Source: an uncultured delta proteobacterium (GTDB lineage: Bacteria > Desulfobacterota > Desulfobacteria > Desulfobacterales > Desulfosalsimonadaceae). Taken from it: DNA of 64,000 bases. Under the pieces are notes generated by a model, which did not search any database, was not told where the DNA came from, and was given only the letters and a program-made list of their open reading frames with translations. Made by a program: the position numbers and the translations under genes. The DNA lies in the NCBI GenBank assembly GCA_963826785.1, contig CAWGYD010000010.1, positions 160,001 to 224,000 of the forward strand, in the 5' to 3' direction. Below are positions 22,109-32,239 of the stretch, in pieces (within the stretch, counting starts at the first letter, position 1; each line of letters starts with the position of its first letter).

Positions 22109-22646
22109 TCGCCATTTGCGATTTATACCCATCTTCCTGTTGTTGACGCTGTCGGTCTGGGTTTCGATCACGTGTGCCGCTGAAGCGGAAATGAAGCAAC
22201 CGGCCCCCGGCGCGGATCAGCCCATCGATATCACCGCGGACAAACTGATCGCCAACCAGAACGCCGCTTTCGTCGAATTTTCCGGCAATGTCAAGGCCGT
22301 TCAGGGGCAGACCACCATCATCGCGGACAATTTGAAGGTGTTCTACCAGGAATCGTCTGATGCTAATGCCCAGGTGGGTCAGGACCGTATCAAACAGATT
22401 ACGGCCACCGGTCATGTAAACATCCGGATGGAGGATAAACAGGCGCAGTGTGAAGAGGCTGTCTATCTCGCTCCATCCCAGACGATTATTCTCAGCGGTC
22501 AAAATACGCGTCTGCAAAGCCAGAACAACACGATCACGGGGGAGAAAATCACCATTTACCAGAAAACGGGACAGATCATTGTGGAAGGCGGTGAAAACCG
22601 CGTCAATGCTGTTTTTCAACCCGATTCCGCCAAATCGGCCCCATAG
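22089..22646 (+). CDS. lptA: LPS export periplasmic protein LptA
   Basis: Signal peptide, PIDITADKL, FSGNVKAVQG and RVNAVF; precedes lptB. Confidence 0.88.
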   Translation: MRLKNHNRHLRFIPIFLLLTLSVWVSITCAAEAEMKQPAPGADQPIDITADKLIANQNAAFVEFSGNVKAVQGQTTIIADNLKVFYQESSDANAQVGQDRIKQITATGHVNIRMEDKQAQCEEAVYLAPSQTIILSGQNTRLQSQNNTITGEKITIYQKTGQIIVEGGENRVNAVFQPDSAKSAP

Positions 22647-22651
22647 ACGAA

Positions 22652-23374
22652 ATGGCCCTGCTGGCATTGAAAAATCTGGTGAAGATCTACCACAACCGCC
22701 GGGTAGTCGATTCGGTCAATCTGGATATTCACAGCGGAGAAGTGGTGGGACTGCTGGGGCCCAATGGCGCCGGCAAAACCACCACGTTTTATATGACCAT
22801 CGGCCTGATTAAGCCCGACAGCGGACAGGTGTATTTAAATGACGAGGATATCACGACCCTGCCCATGTACCGGCGGTCCAGAAAAGGCGTGGGATATCTT
22901 CCCCAGGAAGCGTCGGTTTTCAGAAAGCTCTCGGTGAGGGACAACCTCATGGTCATCCTGGAGGCGCTCGATATTAAAAAGGCGGAGCAGCGGAAAAAAT
23001 CGGAAGCACTTTTGGAGGAACTGGGGATCCTGCATCTGTACGACCAGAAAGCGGCCGTACTCTCCGGAGGTGAGCGCCGAAGACTCGAAATCACCCGGGC
23101 GCTGGCCACCGACCCCGCTTTTATCCTTCTGGACGAACCCTTTGCGGGGATTGACCCACTGGCGGTCATAGACATTCAGAACATCATCCTTCATCTTGCC
23201 AAGCGGGGAATCGGCGTGCTGATTTCCGATCACAACGTTCGGGAAACCCTGGGGGTGTGCGACAAGGCCTACATCGTGAATAACGGTCAGGTGATCGAGT
23301 CCGGATCTCCGCAGACGATTGCATCCAGCCCCACCGCCAGGGAAATTTACCTGGGGAATCAATTCAGGCTCTGA
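22652..23374 (+). CDS. lptB: LPS export ABC ATPase LptB
   Basis: GPNGAGKTT, YLPQEASVF, LSGGERRRLEI and DEPFAGIDP. Confidence 0.97.
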   Translation: MALLALKNLVKIYHNRRVVDSVNLDIHSGEVVGLLGPNGAGKTTTFYMTIGLIKPDSGQVYLNDEDITTLPMYRRSRKGVGYLPQEASVFRKLSVRDNLMVILEALDIKKAEQRKKSEALLEELGILHLYDQKAAVLSGGERRRLEITRALATDPAFILLDEPFAGIDPLAVIDIQNIILHLAKRGIGVLISDHNVRETLGVCDKAYIVNNGQVIESGSPQTIASSPTAREIYLGNQFRL

Positions 23375-23375
23375 T

Positions 23376-24794
23376 ATGGCGATTGAATTACAACAGAATC
23401 TAAGACTCCAGCAGCAGCTGGTGATGACTCCGCAGTTGCAGATGGCGATCAAACTGCTGCAATTGTCCCGGCTGGAACTGGCCGATGTCATTCGCCAGGA
23501 AATGGAGAACAATCCGACGCTGGAAGAGTACCAGGAGCCCGAAGTCGAGATGGAGACCTATGAGTCGACGGATGAACCGGTCATGAAGGAAGTGTCCGTC
23601 GAGGAGAAGTTCGACAATTACATGGACTGGCAAAACTACCTGGATGAATACCATTCAACGGGAAAGATTCATTTCGAGAGTGAAAAAAAGGACGCGACTG
23701 ATTTTGAAGCCTTCACCACCAGCCGAACATCATTAGCAGACCACCTGCGCTGGCAGCTGCTGATGACCAAACCCACCCATGAAGACGAGATCATCGGCAG
23801 CCTGATCATTGGAAGTCTCAATGCTCAGGGGTATCTTGATCTTTCTGTGGATGAAATCAGCCGGATCAGCGGCGCAAGCCTGGAAAACGTTGAGCGGGTT
23901 CTGTCGGTCATGAAAACATTTGATCCGCCGGGGATCTGCTCGACCGACCTGCAGGAATGCCTCCTTTTACAGGTGGGGCTTCTTCAGATCGAAGACCCCC
24001 TGGTGGAACAGATCATCCGTTTCCATCTCAAAGATCTGGAAAACAAACGATACAAGATCATTGCCCGGACCTGTAAAACCAGCATCGACCACGTGGTCGC
24101 CGCCGTCAATGTCATCCGGCAGCTCGACCCCCGCCCCGGGGACAAATACAATGAAGAGCAGCAGATCTACATCGTCCCGGATGTCTACGTATACAAGGAA
24201 GAAGATGATTTCATCATCATACTCAACGACGATGACATGCCCCGGCTGCACATCAACTCTTATTACAAGCATGCCGTCCGAAAAGGACAGCCCATTGCCG
24301 ATGATGCCAAGATTTATCTCAAGGACCGGCTGCGATCCGCTGAATGGCTGATCAAAAGTATTCATCACCGGCGAAAAACCATTTACAATGTCATGGCCAG
24401 CATCATTAAATTCCAGCAGGATTTTTTCGATCACGGCATCTCCCATCTCAAACCGATGGTGCTCAGGGACGTGGCCGATGACATCAATATGCATGAATCC
24501 ACCATCAGCCGGGTGACCACCAACAAATACGCCTACACGCCCCAGGGTATCTTCGAACTCAAGTTTTTTTTCAACAGTTCCATCAACCGGCTAAACGGCG
24601 ATACCATCGCTTCTGCCAGCGTGCAGGACCGGATCCGGAAAATCATTGAAACCGAAAATCCCAAAAAGCCTTTCAGCGACAAAAAAATTGCCGAACTGCT
24701 ATCCTCAGCCGATATTGACATCGCCCGGCGCACGATTGCCAAGTACCGAGAAGCCATGGGAATTCTTCCATCCAGCAAACGAAAACAATTTTAG
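23376..24794 (+). CDS. rpoN: RNA polymerase sigma-54 factor
   Basis: Gln/Leu-rich region I, HESTISR and RpoN box ARRTIAKYR. Confidence 0.97.
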   Translation: MAIELQQNLRLQQQLVMTPQLQMAIKLLQLSRLELADVIRQEMENNPTLEEYQEPEVEMETYESTDEPVMKEVSVEEKFDNYMDWQNYLDEYHSTGKIHFESEKKDATDFEAFTTSRTSLADHLRWQLLMTKPTHEDEIIGSLIIGSLNAQGYLDLSVDEISRISGASLENVERVLSVMKTFDPPGICSTDLQECLLLQVGLLQIEDPLVEQIIRFHLKDLENKRYKIIARTCKTSIDHVVAAVNVIRQLDPRPGDKYNEEQQIYIVPDVYVYKEEDDFIIILNDDDMPRLHINSYYKHAVRKGQPIADDAKIYLKDRLRSAEWLIKSIHHRRKTIYNVMASIIKFQQDFFDHGISHLKPMVLRDVADDINMHESTISRVTTNKYAYTPQGIFELKFFFNSSINRLNGDTIASASVQDRIRKIIETENPKKPFSDKKIAELLSSADIDIARRTIAKYREAMGILPSSKRKQF

Positions 24795-24806
24795 GGAGGC
24801 TATTGA

Positions 24807-25337
24807 ATGCAGACATCCGTCACCTTTAAGAACATTGAACCTTCCGATCATTTGCGCAATTACGTCACCAGCAAGCTCGAAAAACTTGACAGACTACTGG
24901 AGAATCCGGCCGAAGCATCAGTGGTACTCACCGTTGAAAAAATCCGGCATATCGCCGAAATCAAGCTGACCGGAGACCGTTTGAATATCAACTGCCGTGA
25001 AGATACCAGCGACATGTACTCATCCATCGACATGGCGCTTGACAAACTCGAAAAACAGCTTAAAAAAAGCAAGCAGAAAGTTAAAAACCACCGCCAGGGT
25101 TTCCGAGCCGGATCCAAGCAGGGAACCATGGGCGCGGCGGTACCGGCGGAAGAAGCCGGAGGCCCGCGCATCCGGGTCCAGGACATTGAATATAAACCCA
25201 TGGACATAGAAGAAGCAAGCCTCCAGATGGACCTGATCGAAGACAGTTTTCTCGTTTTTATCAACGCCCGCACCAATCGGGTGAATGTGCTCTACCGGCG
25301 AAGCGATGGCGATCTGGGTCTGATTCAGCCTCTTTAG
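24807..25337 (+). CDS. hpf: Ribosome hibernation promoting factor (long HPF)
   Basis: DMYSSIDMALDKLEKQL and C-terminal KPMDIEEA...VNVLYRR..GDLGLI; follows rpoN. Confidence 0.92.
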   Translation: MQTSVTFKNIEPSDHLRNYVTSKLEKLDRLLENPAEASVVLTVEKIRHIAEIKLTGDRLNINCREDTSDMYSSIDMALDKLEKQLKKSKQKVKNHRQGFRAGSKQGTMGAAVPAEEAGGPRIRVQDIEYKPMDIEEASLQMDLIEDSFLVFINARTNRVNVLYRRSDGDLGLIQPL

Positions 25338-25421
25338 CATCAGGGCGACTGGATGCAGAAGCGGCGATTCGTTTTTTGCAAACAGCCCGACAGATACCCA
25401 TATTTAACTAGTTACATACCC

Positions 25422-25448
25422 CGTTGCGGCAGCCACCCTGCCGCAACG
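25422..25448. other. GC-rich stem-loop between hpf and ptsN
   Basis: CGTTGCGGCAG-CCACC-CTGCCGCAACG, a perfect 11-bp stem with no U tail. Confidence 0.55.
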
Positions 25449-25472
25449 TCAGCCCTGCGATGATGATCTTAA

Positions 25473-25931
25473 ATGAAAATACTTGATTTTCTGCATAGAG
25501 AAAGCATTATTCCCGAACTCAAAGCTTCGGATAAGAAAGGGGTGCTGGAAGAACTGACCCTTCCCGTTTCCTATATCACCCAGGCGGATCACAAGGAACT
25601 CGTCCGGGTGCTGATTGAGCGAGAGCACCTGGGCAGCACCGGGATCGGCAACGGTATTGGCATCCCGCACGGCAAAATGAAAGGGTTGACCTCTCTGGTA
25701 CTGGGCATTGGCCTGAGTAAAAAAGGCGTGAATTTCGATTCGCTGGATGGCAAACCCACGCACATCTTTTTCCTGCTGCTCACCCCTGAGAATTCAACGG
25801 GTCTTCACCTGAAGCTGCTGGCACGGATTTCAAAGCTTTTAAAAGAAGAAGCCTTCAAGGAAAAGCTGTTTTCCGCAAAAGATGAAGAAGAAGTTCTGCA
25901 GGCCATCCAGGAAGTCGATGACGATTTTTGA
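25473..25931 (+). CDS. ptsN: PTS EIIA(Ntr)
   Basis: REHLGSTGIGNGIGIPHGK and HLKLLARIS. Confidence 0.92.
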   Translation: MKILDFLHRESIIPELKASDKKGVLEELTLPVSYITQADHKELVRVLIEREHLGSTGIGNGIGIPHGKMKGLTSLVLGIGLSKKGVNFDSLDGKPTHIFFLLLTPENSTGLHLKLLARISKLLKEEAFKEKLFSAKDEEEVLQAIQEVDDDF

Positions 25932-25998
25932 TTCAGCGCATCCCTCTCACAGGAAGCATCGCCGCCATGATGACCGCATCAATCTCCAAGCTGATCCA

Positions 25999-26868
25999 AT
26001 GAAAAAGCTTAAAATCATCATCATCACCGGCCTTTCCGGGTCCGGTAAAAGCATTTCCATTGCCGCCCTGGAAGACGCGGGATTTTACTGCGTCGACAAT
26101 ATGCCGGTCAAGCTCCTCCCGAAGTTTCTGGAGCTGCCCATCCAAAAGGCCTCTGAAATCAAGGGGCTCGGATTTGTGATGGACCTTCGGGAAAAAAGTT
26201 TTGTGTCCGCCTGTCCGGGGGTCTTTGATGAACTGCGTAAGCGGGGGTACGATTTCGATATCCTGTTTCTCGAAGCGGATGAAACCACCCTGCTGAAACG
26301 CTACAGCCAGACACGGCGCCATCACCCCCTGACTCAGGACAAATCCCTCCTGGAAGGCATCCGGGTGGAAAAAACACTGATGGCGCCCCTGCGGTCTGCT
26401 GCAACCCGCATCATCAATACCACGGATACGAATATTCATGATTTGAAATCGATCATCTTCAACATCGCCCGGGAACGCATCGAATTTGTCCCCATGCGGA
26501 TCAATATCGTCTCATTCGGTTTCAAGCACGGGACTCCGCATGAGGCCGATCTGATCATGGATGTCCGATTCCTGGGCAACCCGTATTTCGTGAGCCGGCT
26601 TAAACCGCTTGATGGCAGAAACGACGAAGTCAAACACTTTGTCTTGAACAATCCCGTGGCCCGGACGTTTATCCACAAATTTCTGGACATGATCGACTTT
26701 TTGCTTCCCCTTTACGAAAAGGAGGGGAAGGCATACCTGACGGTCGCCATCGGGTGCACCGGCGGACAGCACCGGTCGGTATCCATTGCCGAGGCGATTT
26801 ACGAACACATCCGGCAGCCGGGCCGCCCCATCAATATCACCCATCGGGATATTGATTCAAAAATTTAA
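25999..26868 (+). CDS. rapZ: RNase adapter RapZ
   Basis: TGLSGSGKS, CVDNMP, SFGFKHG and GCTGGQHRSV. Confidence 0.95.
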   Translation: MKKLKIIIITGLSGSGKSISIAALEDAGFYCVDNMPVKLLPKFLELPIQKASEIKGLGFVMDLREKSFVSACPGVFDELRKRGYDFDILFLEADETTLLKRYSQTRRHHPLTQDKSLLEGIRVEKTLMAPLRSAATRIINTTDTNIHDLKSIIFNIARERIEFVPMRINIVSFGFKHGTPHEADLIMDVRFLGNPYFVSRLKPLDGRNDEVKHFVLNNPVARTFIHKFLDMIDFLLPLYEKEGKAYLTVAIGCTGGQHRSVSIAEAIYEHIRQPGRPINITHRDIDSKI

Positions 26869-26882
26869 CATCAGGATGACAT

Positions 26883-27299
26883 ATGGTCGGAATCGTAATT
26901 GTCACACACGGAAATCTTGGCGAAATCCTCATTGAAACCGCTCAAATCATCTTCGGCAAACCACTGGAGGGGACGGTTGCGGTATCCATTGATCTAAAAG
27001 ACGACGTTGAAATGCTCAGGAAAAAGATCCATGCCTGTATCAAGTCGGTCAACAAAAACAAAGGGATTCTGATATTGACGGACATGTTTGGCGGAACCCC
27101 ATCCAACCTGAGCTATTCTTTTCTGGAAGAGGGCCGCATCGAGGTGCTTTCCGGGGTCAACCTCCCCCTGCTGATCAAAGCCGTCAATTTCCGGCAGAAG
27201 GAGAGCGATCTTCACAAACTGGCAAAAATCATCGAGGAATACGGGAAAAAAAGCATATCGCTGGCCAGTGATATCCTGAAGGGGAACAAGCGGAGTTGA
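26883..27299 (+). CDS. PTS mannose/fructose-type EIIA component
   Basis: IVIVTHG, TDMFGGTPSN and GVNLPLL. Confidence 0.92.
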   Translation: MVGIVIVTHGNLGEILIETAQIIFGKPLEGTVAVSIDLKDDVEMLRKKIHACIKSVNKNKGILILTDMFGGTPSNLSYSFLEEGRIEVLSGVNLPLLIKAVNFRQKESDLHKLAKIIEEYGKKSISLASDILKGNKRS

Positions 27300-27309
27300 G
27301 GCAGCCGCC

Positions 27310-27789
27310 ATGCCGATCGTCAAGATGTCTATAAACGATATCGAACCGGTGGTCGCCATCGAGCGGGCCTCCTTTCCGAATCCATGGAGCACGCAATGCT
27401 TTATGGACGAGCTTGCCTGCCCCACTGCGCATGCGTTTGTCCGTAAGGACCGTACCGCGGCTGGAGAATCCGTCAGCGCCTACATGTGCCTGCGGAACAT
27501 TTTCGATGAAATCCATATCTTGAAAATCGCGGTTAAACCCGACAACCGAAAACGGGGGATTGCCGCCGGATTGATCCGGCACTGCCTTGATCAGGTGGCC
27601 ATGACAGAGGCGGTGGCGGTGCTGGAAGTCCGGCCATCCAATGGCGCCGGGTTGGCGCTGTACCGCAAGCTCGGGTTTATCCAGGCGGGTGTGCGGCCGA
27701 GGTACTATACCGATACCGGCGAAGATGCCATCATCATGTATAAACATATTACACAAGGAGGATTACATGACCATCAAGCTTGGAATTAA
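27310..27789 (+). CDS. rimI: Ribosomal protein S18 alanine N-acetyltransferase
   Basis: IERASFPNPWS, LEVRPSN and YYTDTGEDA. Confidence 0.9.
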   Translation: MPIVKMSINDIEPVVAIERASFPNPWSTQCFMDELACPTAHAFVRKDRTAAGESVSAYMCLRNIFDEIHILKIAVKPDNRKRGIAAGLIRHCLDQVAMTEAVAVLEVRPSNGAGLALYRKLGFIQAGVRPRYYTDTGEDAIIMYKHITQGGLHDHQAWN

Positions 27790-28771
27790 TGGAATGGGCA
27801 GAATCGGGAGGATGGTTTTCCGGGCGGCGCTCAAACGGTCCGATATCGAAATCGTGGCCGTCAACGATTTAATGGATCCGGCCACCATTGCCCATCTGCT
27901 CATCTATGATTCGGTGCATGACAAACTCGACGCGCAGATCACACCGAAGGAAAACGCCATTGAAGTGAACAACCGGACCATTTCGGTATTCGCAAAGAGA
28001 GATCCGTCGGAAATTCCCTGGGGTGATTTCAAAACAGATATCGTTGCGGAATGCACCGGCCTTTTCCGGGATCGGCAGAACGCGGCAAAGCATTTAACCG
28101 GCGGCGCGCGCAAGGTCATCATTTCCGCACCGGCCAAAGATCCGGATGCCACCATCGTCATGGGGGTCAATGACCGGACATATAATCCGGCAGCCCACCA
28201 CATCGTGTCAAACGCTTCCTGCACCACCAATTGCCTGGCCCCCATTGCCAAGGTCATCAATGAACAGTTCGGCATCATCTGCGGACTGATGACCACCGTC
28301 CATGCCTATACGGGTGACCAGCGGCTGCTGGATGCGCCGCATAAGGATCTCAGAAGGGCCCGGGCAGCGGCGCTTTCCATGGTACCCACCACCACCGGTG
28401 CGGCCAAAGCGGTCGGACTGGTGCTCCCGGAATTAAACGGCAAATTAAACGGCCTTTCCATCCGTGTTCCCACCCCCAACGTATCCCTTGTGGATCTGGT
28501 GGCAACCATTCAAAAAGACGGCATAACGGTTGATGATATAAATGCCGAATTTAAAAAGGCTTCTGAAACATCCCTCAAAGGCATTTTAGGATATTGTGAC
28601 CTGCCGCTGGTGTCCAAAGATTTTAACGGATCAACGCTTTCGTCCATCGTGGATGCGCCCAACACCTACGTGGTCGGCAACATGGTCAAAGTCCTGTCCT
28701 GGTACGACAATGAATCCGGTTATTCAGAGCGCATGGTCGATCTGGCGGAAATGATCGGAAAATCGCTGTAG
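27767..28771 (+). CDS. gap: Type I glyceraldehyde-3-phosphate dehydrogenase
   Basis: GINGMGRIGR, SNASCTTNCL and WYDNE; AGGAGG RBS. Confidence 0.97.
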   Translation: MTIKLGINGMGRIGRMVFRAALKRSDIEIVAVNDLMDPATIAHLLIYDSVHDKLDAQITPKENAIEVNNRTISVFAKRDPSEIPWGDFKTDIVAECTGLFRDRQNAAKHLTGGARKVIISAPAKDPDATIVMGVNDRTYNPAAHHIVSNASCTTNCLAPIAKVINEQFGIICGLMTTVHAYTGDQRLLDAPHKDLRRARAAALSMVPTTTGAAKAVGLVLPELNGKLNGLSIRVPTPNVSLVDLVATIQKDGITVDDINAEFKKASETSLKGILGYCDLPLVSKDFNGSTLSSIVDAPNTYVVGNMVKVLSWYDNESGYSERMVDLAEMIGKSL

Positions 28772-28899
28772 CCATCCAGCCGGTTTTCACATCGGCGTTT
28801 CTCCTTTGAGAAATGCCTTTGCAACTACAGACAGAGATGATCATATATTTATATTGATTTACACTGCCTTGATTTACCCATCCCAGACAGGAGGTGTTC

Positions 28900-29655
28900 A
28901 TGCAGGAACGCAGGCCGTTTATTGCCGGCAACTGGAAGATGTATAAAACCCCTGCCGAGTCGGTCCAGACCGTACGGCAGCTGATCCCGATGGTATCTGA
29001 TATCCGGGAAACGGATATTATGATCGCACCCCCCTTCCCTGCGCTTGCGGCAGTGGGAGAGATGCTCAAAGGATCGAATATCGCCCTTGGCGGTCAGAAC
29101 ATGTTCTGGGAAAATGAAGGTGCCTATACAGGAGAAGTCTCACCTGGAATGCTCACGGCCGCCGGCTGCACTTACGTCATCATCGGCCATTCGGAAAGAC
29201 GGCAGTTCTTCGGTGAAACAGACCAAACCGTCAACAAAAAATTAAAAGCGGCCGCTGCCGCAAAACTGGTTGCCATCATGTGCGTCGGTGAAACGGAACA
29301 GCAGCGGGACGCGGAAAAAACATTTTCCGTACTTGACAAACAAATGGAAAAAGGGTTAGAAGGGCTTTCTTTAACAGAAGATTTGCTTCCGGTGATTGCT
29401 TATGAACCGGTATGGGCCATCGGCACGGGAAAAACGGCCAAGCCCGAACAGGTCCAGGAAGTGCATGCCTATCTGCGGAAATTCCTTGGCAATCGCTTTG
29501 GAAATGCGCTTGCAAATCGCATCCGCATCCTGTATGGAGGGAGCGTAAAACCGGACAACATTTCAGGTCTGATGGCCCTTGAAGATGTGGACGGCGCCCT
29601 GGTGGGGGGCGCAAGCCTGGACCCTGAAAAGTTTGCCGGCATCATTCATTTTTAA
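28900..29655 (+). CDS. tpiA: Triosephosphate isomerase
   Basis: AGNWKM, IGHSERR, AYEPVWAIGTG and YGGSVK. Confidence 0.97.
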   Translation: MQERRPFIAGNWKMYKTPAESVQTVRQLIPMVSDIRETDIMIAPPFPALAAVGEMLKGSNIALGGQNMFWENEGAYTGEVSPGMLTAAGCTYVIIGHSERRQFFGETDQTVNKKLKAAAAAKLVAIMCVGETEQQRDAEKTFSVLDKQMEKGLEGLSLTEDLLPVIAYEPVWAIGTGKTAKPEQVQEVHAYLRKFLGNRFGNALANRIRILYGGSVKPDNISGLMALEDVDGALVGGASLDPEKFAGIIHF

Positions 29656-29679
29656 ATTTCAACCGAATGGAAGAAAATC

Positions 29680-30099
29680 ATGACCGCTTTGATTGTTATT
29701 ATTCACATCATTGTCTGCCTCGCCCTGATTCTGATTGTTCTGCTGCAGACAGGCAAGGGGGCGGATATGGGTGCGGTATTCGGCGGCGCCGGGAGTCAGA
29801 CCCTTTTCGGCAGCACGGGGGCCACCACGTTTCTGACCAAACTGACGACAATTGCAGCCATCGTATTCATGCTGACCTCCCTGAGTCTGGCTTATATTGG
29901 AAAGAGTGGAAATAAATCCATCGTCTCGGATGTCAAGACAGAATCCCAGATGCCGCCGCAGCAGTCACCTCTGCCCGGCCCCGTTCCCCAGGAGCAGCAG
30001 GCCGCGCCGGCCCAGCAGCCGACTGTGACCCAGCCGGAAGCCGCGCCGCCCGTCTCCCCCGGCCCTGCATCGAAACCCGCGGAGCAACCGTCAGAATAA
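29680..30099 (+). CDS. secG: Preprotein translocase subunit SecG
   Basis: Two TM helices flanking LLQTGKGADMGAVFGG, plus a Pro/Gln-rich tail; tpiA-secG-tRNA-Leu order. Confidence 0.95.
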   Translation: MTALIVIIHIIVCLALILIVLLQTGKGADMGAVFGGAGSQTLFGSTGATTFLTKLTTIAAIVFMLTSLSLAYIGKSGNKSIVSDVKTESQMPPQQSPLPGPVPQEQQAAPAQQPTVTQPEAAPPVSPGPASKPAEQPSE

Positions 30100-30122
30100 A
30101 CGCAGCAATATGAGAGAAAATC

Positions 30123-30208
30123 GCCGAAGTGGTGGAATTGGTAGACACGCTATCTTGAGGGGGTAGTGGGTTACGCCCGTGCCGGTTCAAATCCGGCCTT
30201 CGGCACCA
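30123..30208 (+). tRNA. tRNA-Leu(GAG)
   Basis: GCCGAAG/CTTCGGC acceptor stem, anticodon arm CTATC-TTGAGGG-GGTAG, long variable arm, GTTCAAATCC T-loop and encoded CCA. Confidence 0.96.
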
Positions 30209-30214
30209 TTCATA

Positions 30215-30250
30215 TAAAAAAGGCCTATGCAGCAGCATAGGCCTTTTTTA
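30215..30250. terminator. Intrinsic terminator, probably bidirectional
   Basis: TAAAAAAGGCCTATGC-AGCA-GCATAGGCCTTTTTTA immediately after the tRNA. Confidence 0.88.
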
Positions 30251-30300
30251 CTATCAAACGAAAACGGTCATCATAAGACGACTTAGATTTTTATTTACTG

Positions 30301-30465
30301 ATGCTGAATCGAATGATTAAAAATCTGCACTTCTATCTGGTCAGGCTGCCGTTTATTTACCTGGCCATCCCCATCGGGTTTATTTTCGAATTTCTGATCA
30401 CTTTCCCCTATGTGGTCATGTGCGAAATTGACAGAAAATGCCGGCAGAAGCGCAACCGGAAATAA
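30301..30465 (+). CDS. Putative 54-aa small membrane protein (below the ORF track cut-off)
   Basis: Manual translation MLNRMIKNLHFYLVRLPFIYLAIPIGFIFEFLITFPYVVMCEIDRKCRQKRNRK*: hydrophobic core and basic tail, but no clear RBS. Confidence 0.4.
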   Translation: MLNRMIKNLHFYLVRLPFIYLAIPIGFIFEFLITFPYVVMCEIDRKCRQKRNRK

Positions 30466-30473
30466 TCAGGCAA

Positions 30474-30863
30474 TTATACGCCCTCAGTCTCCATGCCGGG
30501 GCTCTCCATCCGGTTCATCTTTGCCACGATACATTTTTGAAGCTGCCGCATATCAATCTGATTGAACTTGATTCCTACACCCTCTCCTGTTTTTCGAACC
30601 GTTTCACCCAGGGCGATGATCCTGAGTCCCGAAAGTTTGACTTTTGGATCGAAATCGATCATGATTTCGGCTCTTGCCGGCACCGGTACAGATTCCGATG
30701 TCAATAGAAACATTCCCGCCGCCCCTAAATCCTCGACCCGGCCCGTGATGGTGACAAAGCTTCTGGAATGAGCGTTCCCGAAGGTATCCTGCACTTTGAT
30801 AGTGGCAACTATATCCGGCCATACCTGACTGCGGGTGCTCTTTCGAACGGGTTTTTTATTCAT
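30474..30863 (-). CDS. PilZ domain protein (c-di-GMP receptor candidate)
   Basis: RxxxR (RKSTR), a variant D/NxSxxG motif (DLGAAG) and VR...GVGIKF. Confidence 0.8.
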   Translation of the reverse strand: MNKKPVRKSTRSQVWPDIVATIKVQDTFGNAHSRSFVTITGRVEDLGAAGMFLLTSESVPVPARAEIMIDFDPKVKLSGLRIIALGETVRKTGEGVGIKFNQIDMRQLQKCIVAKMNRMESPGMETEGV

Positions 30864-30892
30864 TTCCGCTCCTGTTTTCAAAATTTAAAATA

Positions 30893-31147
30893 TCATCCAA
30901 GCAACTTGTCGAGTTTATTTTCCCTGTCCATGCGCGATAGATCATCATAACCACCAATATGCTGATTATCAATGAAAATCTGGGGCACAGTCCTGCAGCC
31001 GCCGCTTTTGGAGACCGCCTCTGCTGCAAATTGAGGTTTTTCGTCCACATTGATCTCTTGATACGACACGCCTTTTGCATCCAACAGTTTCTTGGCGCGG
31101 ATACAGTAGGGACAAGCGTTGGATGAATAAATGATAATTTCTGCCAT
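30893..31147 (-). CDS. grxC: Glutaredoxin 3
   Basis: CPYC, TVPQIFI and IGGYDDL. Confidence 0.93.
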   Translation of the reverse strand: MAEIIIYSSNACPYCIRAKKLLDAKGVSYQEINVDEKPQFAAEAVSKSGGCRTVPQIFIDNQHIGGYDDLSRMDRENKLDKLLG

Positions 31148-31286
31148 CAAATAAAATCCCTTTCTTTCATTTTGCATTCAATTGCAGTCTGACCCGGGTG
31201 ACAAATTTAAACCCATAAACTTTGCTGCCCTCGTATCAGCCTGTGTCTCATCCTGAATGTGAAATGGATCACATCAACACCCCTCA

Positions 31287-32229
31287 TTATACCTCATTTA
31301 AGATGGAGACAAACTGCCGCCATTTTTCCCTGAAGCGGTCGCCGGGCATGCTGTCCAAAGTTCTCAGTTCCAGGGTGGGCCCTTTAAGGTTGAACCGAAC
31401 ATCCGTAAATATGGTGGTCATGTGAGATAAGAAGGCTTCAAAAGACTCGATTCTGCGCATGCGGGAAAGATACTTCTTCGCCGAGCACCTGAGCATTCAG
31501 TGCAAAACGGACCAGTCTCTGGATCAACTGCCGGGGGGTGGCAAGTTCAGCAAAGCAGCAGGGCGGCCGCCCGCAGCGGGTGGGATCCGTGTGATCCCAT
31601 ATGTCTTTCCGGTCCGGCGACATTTTAAATGCATCGCTGTCGGAAAGCCGGCAAAGGGTCTGAAACAGGGGCAGCAGATCTTCATCATCAGATATTTTCA
31701 CGTGTAAATGAATGGAGGCCGTTCCTTTCATCATTTCCAACCCCCGCGTGCCGGCCCTGGACAGACGCGCCTGCAAATTCATGTATCGATCCGTGGTCAG
31801 GCACAGGGGCATATCCGCACGCCCGGGCAGATATCCGGTGGCCAGATAAGTGATTCCCAGTTCATTTTGAATTTGCCGATTGATCTCATCGATGTAATAG
31901 AGCAGGAAATCAAACAGCCGATCATCATTATCCGTGATTGGCGGACTCAGGTATTCAATCTGTCCGCCCGGCTCAAATGTCACGCGCAGCCCGAATGCGG
32001 ATACAAATTCGTTTCCATCTCTCAGAAAGCCGATATCGGAAATATAGCGGAAAAGATTTTCCATATCGGACAGGTTCAGCGGGTTTTTTGGGATGAATTC
32101 ATATTCGAATCCAAAACTCCGGGGGCCTTTCCCCGACAAGGCAGAGAGCACCTGGAGGTACTGATCGGTGAATTGTTGTTCAATTTCAGAATATGTGCGG
32201 TCTGCGGTCAACTTCACTTCACTTTCCAT
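31287..32229 (-). pseudogene. Glutamate-cysteine ligase family protein (GCS2/EgtA-like), frameshifted near the C-terminus (or sequencing error)
   Basis: FGFEYEF, FEPGGQIE and GLEMMKGTASIHLH in ORF 31438-32229. The conserved tail HMTTIFTDVR...LELR lies in the next frame; deleting one base of the A4 run at 31440-31443 gives 313 aa. Confidence 0.8.
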
Positions 32230-32239
32230 CAGTTACTAA

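Noticed and set aside
27767..29655. gap-tpiA without pgk; PTS block without HPr/EI; pyrBC without pyrR
   Set aside because: The missing genes may lie elsewhere in the genome, so this cannot be judged from one window.
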